The position numbers and the translations under genes were made by a program. A stretch of DNA of 64,000 nt from Minisyncoccota bacterium. Lineage in GTDB: Bacteria > Patescibacteriota > Minisyncoccia > Phycocordibacterales > UBA5272. The stretch spans positions 242,661 through 306,660 of the forward strand of contig JBAZJW010000001.1 of assembly GCA_041651055.1 (NCBI GenBank), in the 5' to 3' direction. A model generated the notes under the pieces. That model searched no databases and had not been told where the DNA came from. It worked only from the letters and a program-made list of their open reading frames with translations. Positions 55,120-63,979 of the stretch are shown here, piece after piece. The first letter of the stretch is position 1. Every line of letters begins with the position of its first letter.

Positions 55120-56595
55120 ATGGCTGTCGAAAAACAAATCCCTGCTGGAGGTGAAACCGTACTTCGTTTTGAAGACGTCACCTTTAATTACAGCGAAAAC
55201 AAACCAGTCTTATTCGAGACTAGTTTTGTTGTACGCAAAGGAATCAAGCTTACCTTAATGGGACCAAACGGCGCCGGCAAGTCAACACTCTTTTCTCTTA
55301 TCATGGGAGAAGCGAAGCCAGAAGAAGGCCGCATCATCGTCGGACAAGATTTACGTATCGCTATTGCAAAACAATTCATTCCTCATACACAATGGAAGCT
55401 TACGGTACGAGAATTCCTCGAACTTGGCTTTGATGAAAAAGTATACGACATCGACAAGCGCGCAAAGGTAGTATTTGAAACAGTAGAATTAAACGTCCCT
55501 CTTGATAAAACTATCAAAGAACTTTCTGGTGGACAAAAAGGGCGTCTCCTCATCGCGCAAGCACTTATTCAAAAGCCTGACATTCTTCTCCTCGATGAAC
55601 CGACAAACAATCTCGATAAAGCGGGTGTACAACTTCTCACCGATTTTATGAAGTCATATGAAGGAACGGTAATTGTTATCTCCCATGATGCAGACTTCCT
55701 TAACTCATTCACACACGGTGTTATCTATATCAATACACAGACATACCAAATCGAACAGTATGTCGGTAACTATTTCAAGGTGGTTGAAGAAATAAAACGA
55801 GAAGTAGAGCGAGCTGAACGTGCCAATTCACAGCTTGAAAAAGAAATTCAGAACAACAAAGATAAGGTAAACTTCTTCGCACTCAAAGGAGGAAAGATGC
55901 GTAAGCTTGCTGCGAAATTACGTGATGAAGTAGAAGAGCTCGAAGACAGTAAAGTGGATGTTCGCAAAGAAGATCAAACCATTAAGCCGTTTACCATTAC
56001 CTGCCAAGAAGATATCGGAAGTGTCATTGTAAAATTCGACTCTGTAGAAGTGCTTCATGATGGGGCACCGGTAAAGAGAAAAGTGAACGTTGAACTTCGT
56101 AAAGGAGACAAACTTCACATCATCGGACCAAACGGTATCGGTAAGACCACCCTTCTCGAAAAGATTGCCAACCGTAATGAAAAAGGTGTAACCATTCAAG
56201 ATGGTATTATCGTTGGTTACTATCGTCAGGATTTCTCAACACTTGATTTTGAAAAGAGTGCCTACCAAGAACTTGCAAAGGTATTGAAGCGACTCGACGA
56301 TCAATTGCTCCGTCGCACGGCAGCAAGCATGTTACTCGGTGCCTCCCAGCTCGCCGCGAAGATCGGGCTCTTGTCTGAAGGGCAGAAAGGATTGCTCATG
56401 TTTGCATACTTGAGACTTCTACAACCTGGACTACTTATCCTAGACGAACCGACGAACCACATCAATTTCCGACACATTCCAGTAATAGCCGAAGCACTCA
56501 AAGCATACACTGGTCCGATGATTATCGTATCCCACGTTCATGAATTCGTGAAAGAAATAGGTGTTACTCAAACACTTGATTTAGGAAAATTATAA
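55120..56595 (+). CDS. ABC-F family ATPase (tandem ABC domains, no TM domain)
   Basis: Two Walker A (GPNGAGKST, GPNGIGKTT), two LSGGQ-like signatures, coiled-coil linker. Confidence 0.9.
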   Translation: MAVEKQIPAGGETVLRFEDVTFNYSENKPVLFETSFVVRKGIKLTLMGPNGAGKSTLFSLIMGEAKPEEGRIIVGQDLRIAIAKQFIPHTQWKLTVREFLELGFDEKVYDIDKRAKVVFETVELNVPLDKTIKELSGGQKGRLLIAQALIQKPDILLLDEPTNNLDKAGVQLLTDFMKSYEGTVIVISHDADFLNSFTHGVIYINTQTYQIEQYVGNYFKVVEEIKREVERAERANSQLEKEIQNNKDKVNFFALKGGKMRKLAAKLRDEVEELEDSKVDVRKEDQTIKPFTITCQEDIGSVIVKFDSVEVLHDGAPVKRKVNVELRKGDKLHIIGPNGIGKTTLLEKIANRNEKGVTIQDGIIVGYYRQDFSTLDFEKSAYQELAKVLKRLDDQLLRRTAASMLLGASQLAAKIGLLSEGQKGLLMFAYLRLLQPGLLILDEPTNHINFRHIPVIAEALKAYTGPMIIVSHVHEFVKEIGVTQTLDLGKL

Positions 56596-56622
56596 ACCGC
56601 ACCCCTCCCTTGGTGCGGTTTA
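56595..56622. terminator. bidirectional terminator AAACCGCACC-CCTCCCTT-GGTGCGGTTT
   Basis: Overlaps the stops of both convergent genes. Confidence 0.75.
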
Positions 56623-56623
56623 T

Positions 56624-57118
56624 TCACTGCATTATTGATTTCTGTTTTACTTGAAATATGTCCACGCGGTAATACTCAGTACTATCTTTCCCTATAGAAG
56701 GGCAAAACGTAAAAAGATCACCATGACTATTGTAGATCTGAACAAGAAAAGCGAAATAACAGACCGCAAGAAGTATCACATCAGCATCCGTTAGTATTTC
56801 CCCTTTCTCTTTAAGGGTTCTAATCTTGGCAAGGAAAAGTGGTGGGGCAAGTCCAAGATCCATATCCATGGAACCAAAGGATTTACTTCTAACAGCTTGC
56901 ATAGCAAGAGGTCTACTAAAAAAGAACTCCTGATCTTGATTCATACCAAAGATGTAGACACCTGCATTGGAGAGGTCAAGATAATTTTCAAAAAGATCGA
57001 AGGCAAAATCCAGTATGGAAAAATCTGAATTATCCTCGTCGATCTCTTCCAAAAAAGCCTTTATCTCCTCTCTGAATTCGAGAACGCTTTTTGATAACGG
57101 AATGCTAAGCTTGGTCAT
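56624..57118 (-). CDS. hypothetical acidic protein
   Basis: 164-aa ORF, no motif recognised. Confidence 0.5.
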   Translation of the reverse strand: MTKLSIPLSKSVLEFREEIKAFLEEIDEDNSDFSILDFAFDLFENYLDLSNAGVYIFGMNQDQEFFFSRPLAMQAVRSKSFGSMDMDLGLAPPLFLAKIRTLKEKGEILTDADVILLAVCYFAFLVQIYNSHGDLFTFCPSIGKDSTEYYRVDIFQVKQKSIMQ

Positions 57119-57217
57119 GCTGAACTCCTTGTATTTGGGGTTTCTGAACTGCTTTCCTCTCTAAGGCTACCTAATTAAAGACATGTGCGCAACTTGTGTA
57201 CATTATTGTAGGTATGT

Positions 57218-57226
57218 GGTATAATA
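57218..57226 (+). promoter_or_regulatory. extended -10 promoter element TGGTATAAT about 90 nt upstream of the RRM protein gene
   Basis: TGnTATAAT consensus match; would give a long 5'UTR containing duplicated TGTAGGTATGTG. Confidence 0.4.
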
Positions 57227-57316
57227 GCAGATAAGTAAGCAACTCCACGTTTCTACGGTTTCTACACTTGTAGGTATGTGCTCAGGGCTTATGGTTAATA
57301 ATTAGTTTCTACATAA

Positions 57317-57598
57317 ATGAATTCAAAACTATACATTGGTGGTATTCCTTACACTTCTACTAACGAAGATCTAAAAGCTCACTTCAGTGGCGCTGGAACA
57401 GTTGTTTCAGCTCAGATCATCATCGACAAGATGACTAACCGTTCAAAGGGCTTCGGCTTTGTTGAAATGTCATCTGACGCAGAAGCTGAGAAGGCTATTG
57501 CTATGTTCCACGATCAAGAGTTCCAGGGTCGTCGTCTAACGGTAAACGTTGCACGTCCACTCGCTCCTCGCGAAGATCGTCCACGTCGCGCATTCTAA
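57317..57598 (+). CDS. RRM-domain RNA-binding protein
   Basis: RNP-2 (KLYIGGIPY) and RNP-1 (KGFGFVEM) motifs, Arg-rich C-tail. Confidence 0.9.
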   Translation: MNSKLYIGGIPYTSTNEDLKAHFSGAGTVVSAQIIIDKMTNRSKGFGFVEMSSDAEAEKAIAMFHDQEFQGRRLTVNVARPLAPREDRPRRAF

Positions 57599-57615
57599 TT
57601 TCGATTAGAATCACG

Positions 57616-57649
57616 AAAACAAAATCGCCCGAAAGGGCGATTTTGTTTT
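57616..57649. terminator. terminator AAAACAAAATCGCCC-GAAA-GGGCGATTTTGTTTT
   Basis: 15-bp stem, bidirectional. Confidence 0.8.
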
Positions 57650-57663
57650 GTGCGCTCAACCTC

Positions 57664-58470
57664 CTATTTTTTTTCACAGACAAGAAAGTACTCCTGATTC
57701 CCGTCCCCTCCTTGAATATGACACAGGAAAATCTGCACGGACGTCATTCCTTTTTCTTTCGCCAATATTTTGTAGTCATCGAGTATACCATTGACTAATT
57801 GCTCATCTTTCACAATTCCTTTCTTGGTATTCCCTTTTCCGACTTCAAACTGTGGCTTAATAAGTAAAAAATACAAAGCCCCCTTTGCGCCAAACCTCAC
57901 GATATCATCAAAGACATGTGTAAGAGGAATGAACGAAAGGTCGGCGACAATTATTTCATACGGTGTACTATTTTTGAAATTACGAATATCTGTATTCTCA
58001 AATACTGACACACGTGCATCATTTCTTATTTTCTCGTGCAACTGAAGTGTTCCCACATCAACAGCATCCACATGTGACACACCGTATGAGAGCAAGCAAT
58101 CTGTAAACCCTCCCGTAGAAGACCCTACATCAAGAGCAGTCTTCCCTTCCAACATTTCTCGTATTTTGCCTTCGTTTTTATTATCTAGATTTTCTGAATT
58201 TGCATTCTCATTAAATATTGAATGTTCATTTATTGAATATTTCTTTTCGGCATCCTTGATGTCAAAAAGCACTCCCTCCAACTTCTCCCCTCCTCTTGAA
58301 ACAAATTTCCTTCGCGCAGTAACCTCAATCACATCAATCTCAGCAACTTGTTTTGTCTGCTTTGTAGCAATAGAACCATTCACAAGGACGTTCCCGCTTT
58401 CAATAATTCCTTGTGCTTCAGTTCTACTTTCGCAAAGCCCCCTCTTTACCAACTCTTGATCTAATCGCAT
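57664..58470 (-). CDS. tlyA: TlyA-family rRNA 2'-O-methyltransferase (S4 domain plus FtsJ fold) carrying an in-frame insertion from an R2 repeat
   Basis: S4-like N-terminus, SRGGEKL, LDVGSSTGGFT. Between KLEGV and LDVG there is a ~25-aa insert (KKYSINEHSIFNENANSENLDNKNEG) encoded by the R2 repeat at 58211-58249. Confidence 0.8.
   Translation of the reverse strand: MRLDQELVKRGLCESRTEAQGIIESGNVLVNGSIATKQTKQVAEIDVIEVTARRKFVSRGGEKLEGVLFDIKDAEKKYSINEHSIFNENANSENLDNKNEGKIREMLEGKTALDVGSSTGGFTDCLLSYGVSHVDAVDVGTLQLHEKIRNDARVSVFENTDIRNFKNSTPYEIIVADLSFIPLTHVFDDIVRFGAKGALYFLLIKPQFEVGKGNTKKGIVKDEQLVNGILDDYKILAKEKGMTSVQIFLCHIQGGDGNQEYFLVCEKK
58211..58249. repeat. R2 AT-rich repeat copy inside the tlyA coding sequence
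   Basis: TTAAATATTGAATGTTCATTTATTGAATATTTCTTTTCG is about 36/39 identical to 59271-59309. Confidence 0.65.
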
Positions 58471-58517
58471 GCTTTAAATATTTACATCTTTAAATATGGG
58501 TATAGTTTCCTTGGAAA

Positions 58518-59213
58518 CTATACCCCCGCCCACCCTTTCACCGTGAGTGCCTTCTTGGCCGCAGATGTCTCTGCTTCCTGCTTACTCCTCCCTTCCCCTT
58601 CTGCGATTAATTCTTCTGCAAAATAAATACCAACCTTAAAAAGTTTGTCATGGTCTGGACCTTCTTCGTTGATCACACTGTATGATGGTGTCGTGTTGTA
58701 CAACTCCTGAGCTTTCTCCTGTACAAAACTCTTTGCATCCTTATATAATCCTTTCTTAATAATTTCTGCAGTCTTACCGAGAAGTGAACGTGTGACAAAG
58801 CCTTTTGTACTCTCATACCCCTGGTCGAGATAGAGCGCTCCGATGAATGCTTCGTATGCATCAGCCAAAATAGATGAACGTGCCCGTGTGATATCTTTTG
58901 CTTCTCCTTTTGAGAGCTTCATCATGTCATTAAAATGTAATCCACCAGCCACCTCGCCGAGCGTCACAGCGTTCACTAGCGCCGAACGATACGCCGTCAA
59001 ATCCCCTTCATTGTGATGTGGGTACGTCGCATAGAGATATTCTGTGACGATAAGCTCGAGCACCGCATCGCCCAAAAATTCGAGACGCTCATTGTGCTCA
59101 AATCCATTACGTGGATTTTCATTGATGAAGCTACGGTGAATAAACGCCTGCGCGAGCAAGTCGTTATTCTTAAACTGTACACCGGTATTGTGTTGAAACT
59201 GTTCGAGGGTCAT
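58518..59213 (-). CDS. rnc: ribonuclease III
   Basis: ERLEFLGDAVLELIVTEYLY catalytic signature, C-terminal dsRBD. Confidence 0.93.
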   Translation of the reverse strand: MTLEQFQHNTGVQFKNNDLLAQAFIHRSFINENPRNGFEHNERLEFLGDAVLELIVTEYLYATYPHHNEGDLTAYRSALVNAVTLGEVAGGLHFNDMMKLSKGEAKDITRARSSILADAYEAFIGALYLDQGYESTKGFVTRSLLGKTAEIIKKGLYKDAKSFVQEKAQELYNTTPSYSVINEEGPDHDKLFKVGIYFAEELIAEGEGRSKQEAETSAAKKALTVKGWAGV

Positions 59214-59240
59214 GTGTTTTTATATAAATAATCAATGTAA

Positions 59241-59309
59241 CAATATTCAATAAAAGGCTTTGTATTTTGTTTAAATATTGAATATTGATTTATTGAATAT
59301 TTTCTTTCG
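59241..59309. repeat. R2 AT-rich repeat copies (CAATATTCAATAAAAGG and GTTTAAATATTGAATATTGATTTATTGAATATTTTCTTTCG); the latter supplies the stop codon of the NusB-NUDIX gene
   Basis: The last codons KENIQ-stop of the 59290 ORF are the reverse complement of TTATTGAATATTTTCTTT. Confidence 0.65.
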
Positions 59310-60201
59310 CCTTCTCAAGAGCCTTTTCTACAAGAGGTTTGATGTCATCATACATGCGAAGGTCGAGCACCTCTTTCGCCTCGAACCACTTCGCATCGTC
59401 TAGGCCACCTTTGTTTTCTTTGTGTTCAAGGGTAAGCGGCAAATACTCAGCAGACGCCAAGTAATAACTCACATGCTTTACGATTTTACCCTGCTCTGGT
59501 TTGTTGGCAATGTATTCGTTCTCACCAAGCTTATCCAAAATGGTGACAGCAATGCCGATCTCTTCTTGTATTTCTCGTGCCGCTCCCTGCTGCTCATTTT
59601 CACCAGCTTCTATTTTTCCTTTTGGAAGTGTCCAGTAGCCGAAGACGTCGTGCACAAGTCCGATGTGAAGTTTATTGTCATGACGACTACATACGACAGC
59701 ACCTGCGAGAAGTTCACGCTTGCTCGTTTCGAAATGCTCCTTTTTACTTTTGGTGACCTGGCCTTTTTCTGGCTCACCCATTTCTTTGTAAATAGCCCCA
59801 AGCACGCCGTTGATAAACCTGCCGGATGTCTCACCTCCGAATGACTTGGCAAGTTCGATGGCTTCATCGATAGCTACCTTTGGTGGCACTTGTGCACGAT
59901 CACCGAACAAAAGCTCCGTGAGACCGATGCGAAGAATATTTCTGTCTACCATGCCGATTTTATCAAGTGGCCAGTCAGGTGCAGCACGAGTAATGATGTC
60001 ATCTAATGTGATGCGACGAGAAAGAGCGTTCACGACAATGTCTTTCGCAAAGGAAACGTCTTTGATCCCCTCACCGAATTCATCACGGTTACGCTCGAGT
60101 ATAGGCAAGAACACATCCATAGGAACACTCAAATCACCTTTCATGTCTAGTTCGAAAAGTGTTTGAAGTGCGAGTGTTCGTGCTATGTGCCGGGTACTCA
60201 T
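59290..60201 (-). CDS. nusB: NusB antitermination factor fused to a C-terminal NUDIX hydrolase domain
   Basis: NusB core (VAIDEAIELAKSFGGETSGRFINGVLGAI) in residues 1-140; canonical Nudix box GKIEAGENEQQGAAREIQEEIGI in the C-terminal half. Confidence 0.8.
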   Translation of the reverse strand: MSTRHIARTLALQTLFELDMKGDLSVPMDVFLPILERNRDEFGEGIKDVSFAKDIVVNALSRRITLDDIITRAAPDWPLDKIGMVDRNILRIGLTELLFGDRAQVPPKVAIDEAIELAKSFGGETSGRFINGVLGAIYKEMGEPEKGQVTKSKKEHFETSKRELLAGAVVCSRHDNKLHIGLVHDVFGYWTLPKGKIEAGENEQQGAAREIQEEIGIAVTILDKLGENEYIANKPEQGKIVKHVSYYLASAEYLPLTLEHKENKGGLDDAKWFEAKEVLDLRMYDDIKPLVEKALEKAKENIQ

Positions 60202-60240
60202 AGGGTTGTAAAGGAGCTGGTTGAGGAGAATTAGGAGAAG

Positions 60241-60444
60241 CTATGCTTTCGCGGCGCTTTTTGTGACTTTTGCCTTTACGTTAATAACTTTTTTGCCACG
60301 ATAATAACCACATGCATCACAGATGTGATGAGGGGCCTTCATAGCGCCACAGTTCTTGCAGGCAACGATATTAGCTGCTTTCAAGGCGTGGTGTGAGCGA
60401 CGGTTTGCCGTATGCGCTCGTGTGTGTCTCATTCGTACTACCAT
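60241..60444 (-). CDS. rpmF: 50S ribosomal protein L32 (zinc-ribbon form)
   Basis: RRSHHALK N-motif and CKNCG...CDACG zinc ribbon. Confidence 0.8.
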   Translation of the reverse strand: MVVRMRHTRAHTANRRSHHALKAANIVACKNCGAMKAPHHICDACGYYRGKKVINVKAKVTKSAAKA

Positions 60445-60512
60445 AGTTGTTATATTCTACAGTATTTTCTATCATCTTGCAAATGAAGTGTTGATAACCA
60501 TAATAATGACCA

Positions 60513-61276
60513 ACAAGGCGAGGCCTTGTAGCTACAAGGCCTCGCCTTGTTGGTGGCCAATCATAAGCCAAGAAAGAATACTTTCTGTAAAATGTTTAGG
60601 ACTTTCAAAATATATAGGAAACTGAGATGGAGATATAACTGAATTTTCCGAACGTACAATTCCACAATAATCATGAAAACTAGAGTACGGATATTGCCTT
60701 ACAAAATCAATCACCTCTTTTCTTTTACTGATTATTTTTTCTTTCCACAAAGGGTCAACCAGCTTCGCAGGGTTTAGATGTATATACGCATACAAATAAC
60801 GCATATATCTATCATTTCCAGCATGTTGAGATTTAAATGGGCCCTCAAATAATGCTCCCGTTCTTTTATACTTTTTATTAAAATACATTACATATGCAGT
60901 GCATACCTTTTGCATAAATAAAGTGACACCTTCCTCTTCTATCTGTTTAGCTAAAATATGAAAATGATTATCCATGAGTGCATAGGCACCGATGGCCACC
61001 AACGGAGAGTCCTTCTTTGAAAAAGCAAGATCAAGAGACGAAGCGTCTACACGAGAGCGGGGCACTTGATTTAAAAGGCCCAATAATTTTACAAACCGTC
61101 TCCTATCCTGATCATCTTTAAAGATAATTTGTTTACTGTTCCCTCGATTATATACGTGATAATACTCATTTACCGCCAAAACGACACTTCTTTTTGACAT
61201 AGTAAAAGTATATACCCAATACAAGGCGAGGCCTTGTAGTTTTCCCCCTTCCCTAACTACAAGGCCTCGCCTTGTA
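60513..61276. mobile_element. IS200/IS605-type or REP-associated (RAYT) Y1 transposase unit flanked by near-identical palindromic hairpins
   Basis: Left hairpin ACAAGGCGAGGCCTTGTAG/CTACAAGGCCTCGCCTTGT (60513-60550). Right hairpin has the same arms around a 15-nt loop (61221-61276). Confidence 0.75.
60532..61200 (-). CDS. Y1 (HuH) transposase, IS200-like / RAYT family
   Basis: HuH motif HFHIL, catalytic Tyr context YAYIHLNPAK. Start trimmed to MSKRSVVL; the C-terminus runs into the left hairpin, whose centre is the TAG stop. Confidence 0.75.
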   Translation of the reverse strand: MSKRSVVLAVNEYYHVYNRGNSKQIIFKDDQDRRRFVKLLGLLNQVPRSRVDASSLDLAFSKKDSPLVAIGAYALMDNHFHILAKQIEEEGVTLFMQKVCTAYVMYFNKKYKRTGALFEGPFKSQHAGNDRYMRYLYAYIHLNPAKLVDPLWKEKIISKRKEVIDFVRQYPYSSFHDYCGIVRSENSVISPSQFPIYFESPKHFTESILSWLMIGHQQGEAL

Positions 61277-61290
61277 AGATTCCTTTCTCT

Positions 61291-63420
61291 TTACTTCCCT
61301 CCCAGCTTATATAGAGAGTAGATTTCTGAAGCAGAGAGCGAGCGATTATATACTCGGACATCATCGAGAGACCCTGTCATTTTTCCTCTTATTCCACAAC
61401 CAGGATCTGCTCCAACTGACAGATTTTCTAAACTGTTCCAAGCAACACCTGTGGCACTTGTTGTGGTACTAAGATTACCGTTTATATACAAAGAAAGGGT
61501 CGAACCATTATATGTCCCTGCAACGTGTGTCCATTTATTGATTATAGCGTTTGAATCTGAAGAAATTCTCTTGTTTGCAGTTGTGTTACTAGTACCGAAC
61601 CCAAAAGAATATTTGTTAGGATATTCAGCACTTTCAGTACCACCTATTGATAGGTAATAACTTGCATACGTAGAACAACCAAGTCCGTGGTACATAAAAT
61701 TCTGATAAGTCGTTGTTGATGTATACACCCAAGCAGAAAGTGTCATAGGTCCACCAGTAAGACGAAGAGCTGCGCTATTTCCTGCAGTGAAATAATCATT
61801 CACCCCATCAAACCGAAGCCCCTGCCCGATCTTCCCTATAGCAACCGTTGGCCCATTCGTAAGTGTTCCATTATTTCCATTCCCACTTACATCTGTCGCG
61901 GTGGCGCTTGTCATATTCTTGCCATCAAATGTCCACCAACCGACGAGACCGGAGGTGAGGGTGAAGGTGGGAGAAACGTTAAGGCTACCAGCTTGAGATT
62001 TGTAGAGGGCGTAGATCTCTGTGGAGGAGAGTGCTCGGTTGTAGATGCGAAAATCATCTATCTTTCCATTTATATAACCATTATATCCATTTCCTATCCA
62101 CGTATAGGTTCCCGCGTCTGTACCAATAGAACCAACATAAGAGCCATCAGGAACTGAGTTTTTATATGCCCGCCAAGTCGTACCGTCGTAAGTAAGCACC
62201 ATATGATACCAAAGATTATCACTTACATTTTCTGTTATTGGATAACTATGATTCAGAAACCAATCAACTTGTGTTGGACTTGTTCTCTTCAATAAAATCC
62301 AAGGTGAAGTATCTGAAAGACTTCCAGCAATTTGCATTATTCCTTTTGTTGATTGTGCCCCTCTAAGATTCATCCAAAAAGAAATTGAAAGGGTGCTCCC
62401 TATAGCTGTTTTGTTAAGATTGCTTTTTACGTAATCGTCCACTCCGTCGAAATCCAAAGCTTGACCAATTTTACCAATAACTGCAGTTGTACCATTTGTA
62501 CGTGTCCCGTGATATCCACTACCACTCATATCCGTCGCGGTGGCGCTTGTCATATTCTTGCCATCAAATGTCCACCAACCGACGAGGCCAGAGGTGAGTG
62601 TGAAAGTGGGAGAAACGTTAAGGCTACCAGCTTGAGATTTGTAGAGAGTATAAATTTCTTGGGCAGAAAGTACGCGATTATATATACGAACATCGTCAAG
62701 AGTTCCGTCAAAGGGTCGTAGATTATCCCCTCGGTTACCGATTGTCATTCTCACTACACCTGCACCAGCATAGCCAGCTGCAGCAGACATTGTTTGAGGT
62801 ACACCATTAAGATAGACGCTTGAAAGCGTGGTTGTTCCGTCCCAAGTAACAACAGCGTGGTACCAAGTATTCAATTTATTCACACTATTATTAGGAATTT
62901 TTCTATACGATGTAACCCCTCCAATGACAATAGTTACTATAATTGAATTTTCGTCGGCGTTGCCAGTTTGAGGTATTCCAATAGCCCAATAATTTGATTG
63001 ATTAGCCGTAGAAGACTCTTCAAGCAAACGTGGTAAATTCGTTGTTAAAGAGTTACGTTTAAACCAAAATGACACAGTTTTAACATTACTCCCAGCAAAA
63101 CTACTGGCATCGGGCACAGAAACATAATCATTCGAACCGTCAAAATAAAGACCTTGTCCAATCTTCCCTTTTGTGACCAATGGCCCATTCGTACGTGTTC
63201 CATTATTTCCATTCCCACTCACATCTGTCGCGGTAGCATTCGTCATGTTCTTCCCATCAAATGTCCACCAACCAACAAGGCCGTTTGTAAGATTTTGACC
63301 GGCGGTATTTGTGGTGACCAACGCCCCCGCTTGTTGTGTATGAACAAATACCAGACATGCGAATACAACGCCGAATATCAGTACTTTATATTTTGTGAGT
63401 ATGATTTTAAGTTTGTTCAT
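61291..63420 (-). CDS. secreted protein with three tandem LamG / concanavalin-A-like lectin domain repeats
   Basis: Signal peptide; triplicated ~210-aa unit (LTSGLVGWWTFDGKNMT.ATATD.SGNGNNGT..NG...IGKIGQ.L.FDG..DY); adjacent units are nearly identical at the DNA level. Confidence 0.8.
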   Translation of the reverse strand: MNKLKIILTKYKVLIFGVVFACLVFVHTQQAGALVTTNTAGQNLTNGLVGWWTFDGKNMTNATATDVSGNGNNGTRTNGPLVTKGKIGQGLYFDGSNDYVSVPDASSFAGSNVKTVSFWFKRNSLTTNLPRLLEESSTANQSNYWAIGIPQTGNADENSIIVTIVIGGVTSYRKIPNNSVNKLNTWYHAVVTWDGTTTLSSVYLNGVPQTMSAAAGYAGAGVVRMTIGNRGDNLRPFDGTLDDVRIYNRVLSAQEIYTLYKSQAGSLNVSPTFTLTSGLVGWWTFDGKNMTSATATDMSGSGYHGTRTNGTTAVIGKIGQALDFDGVDDYVKSNLNKTAIGSTLSISFWMNLRGAQSTKGIMQIAGSLSDTSPWILLKRTSPTQVDWFLNHSYPITENVSDNLWYHMVLTYDGTTWRAYKNSVPDGSYVGSIGTDAGTYTWIGNGYNGYINGKIDDFRIYNRALSSTEIYALYKSQAGSLNVSPTFTLTSGLVGWWTFDGKNMTSATATDVSGNGNNGTLTNGPTVAIGKIGQGLRFDGVNDYFTAGNSAALRLTGGPMTLSAWVYTSTTTYQNFMYHGLGCSTYASYYLSIGGTESAEYPNKYSFGFGTSNTTANKRISSDSNAIINKWTHVAGTYNGSTLSLYINGNLSTTTSATGVAWNSLENLSVGADPGCGIRGKMTGSLDDVRVYNRSLSASEIYSLYKLGGK

Positions 63421-63424
63421 ATTT

Positions 63425-63979
63425 TTATGGAGTTACGACAGGAGCTGGATCAACTACTGGTGCGGGAACTGGGTCTACAACTGCCACAGGTGTAGGGTCA
63501 ATGACTGGAGCTGGTACTGGGTCAACTGGTACAGGTACAGGATCTACCGGTGCGGGCGCCGAAGTTGGATCTACGGGCAACGGATCAACTACCGGAGTTG
63601 TTGTCGCGGTATCTGCCGGTATAGTGGTAGTGGTCGTGGCTGTGTCTATTGGAGTAGCTGTTGTACTCGTACCCGCCACCGTGCCTGTCGTCCCTGTTGG
63701 CGCTGGAGCACTTTGTACTGAAGACTGATTCGAAGCGTTCAAGAGATTCGTAAGTGTCGTCTTGTCGATACATACATCTTCGAGACAGAGTGTCTTGGCA
63801 GTGATGCGACCGTTCTCATCGATTGACCATGTGCCGTTGGCTGATGCGAGTGACTTGATGTTTGTAATGGCGACACCGTTTGCATTTAAGTCTACGTTTC
63901 CTGTGGTGAGCATATTTGTCGTCGATGCATTTCTTCCTGCAAGATCAAGCTTCTGATTACCGTTTTCGATGAGCATCAT
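63425..63979 (-). CDS. surface-protein fragment with a Pro/Thr/Val-rich low-complexity C-terminal region; may extend beyond the window
   Basis: PVDP/PAPV repeat tract; the Met at 63979 may not be the true start. Confidence 0.45.
   Translation of the reverse strand: MMLIENGNQKLDLAGRNASTTNMLTTGNVDLNANGVAITNIKSLASANGTWSIDENGRITAKTLCLEDVCIDKTTLTNLLNASNQSSVQSAPAPTGTTGTVAGTSTTATPIDTATTTTTIPADTATTTPVVDPLPVDPTSAPAPVDPVPVPVDPVPAPVIDPTPVAVVDPVPAPVVDPAPVVTP

Noticed and set aside
63395-63956. Plus-strand ORFs (63395-63721, 63501-63728, 63762-63956) antisense to the Pro/Thr-rich surface protein
   Set aside because: They are low-complexity mirror ORFs generated by the GC-rich PT-repeat tract on the opposite strand.
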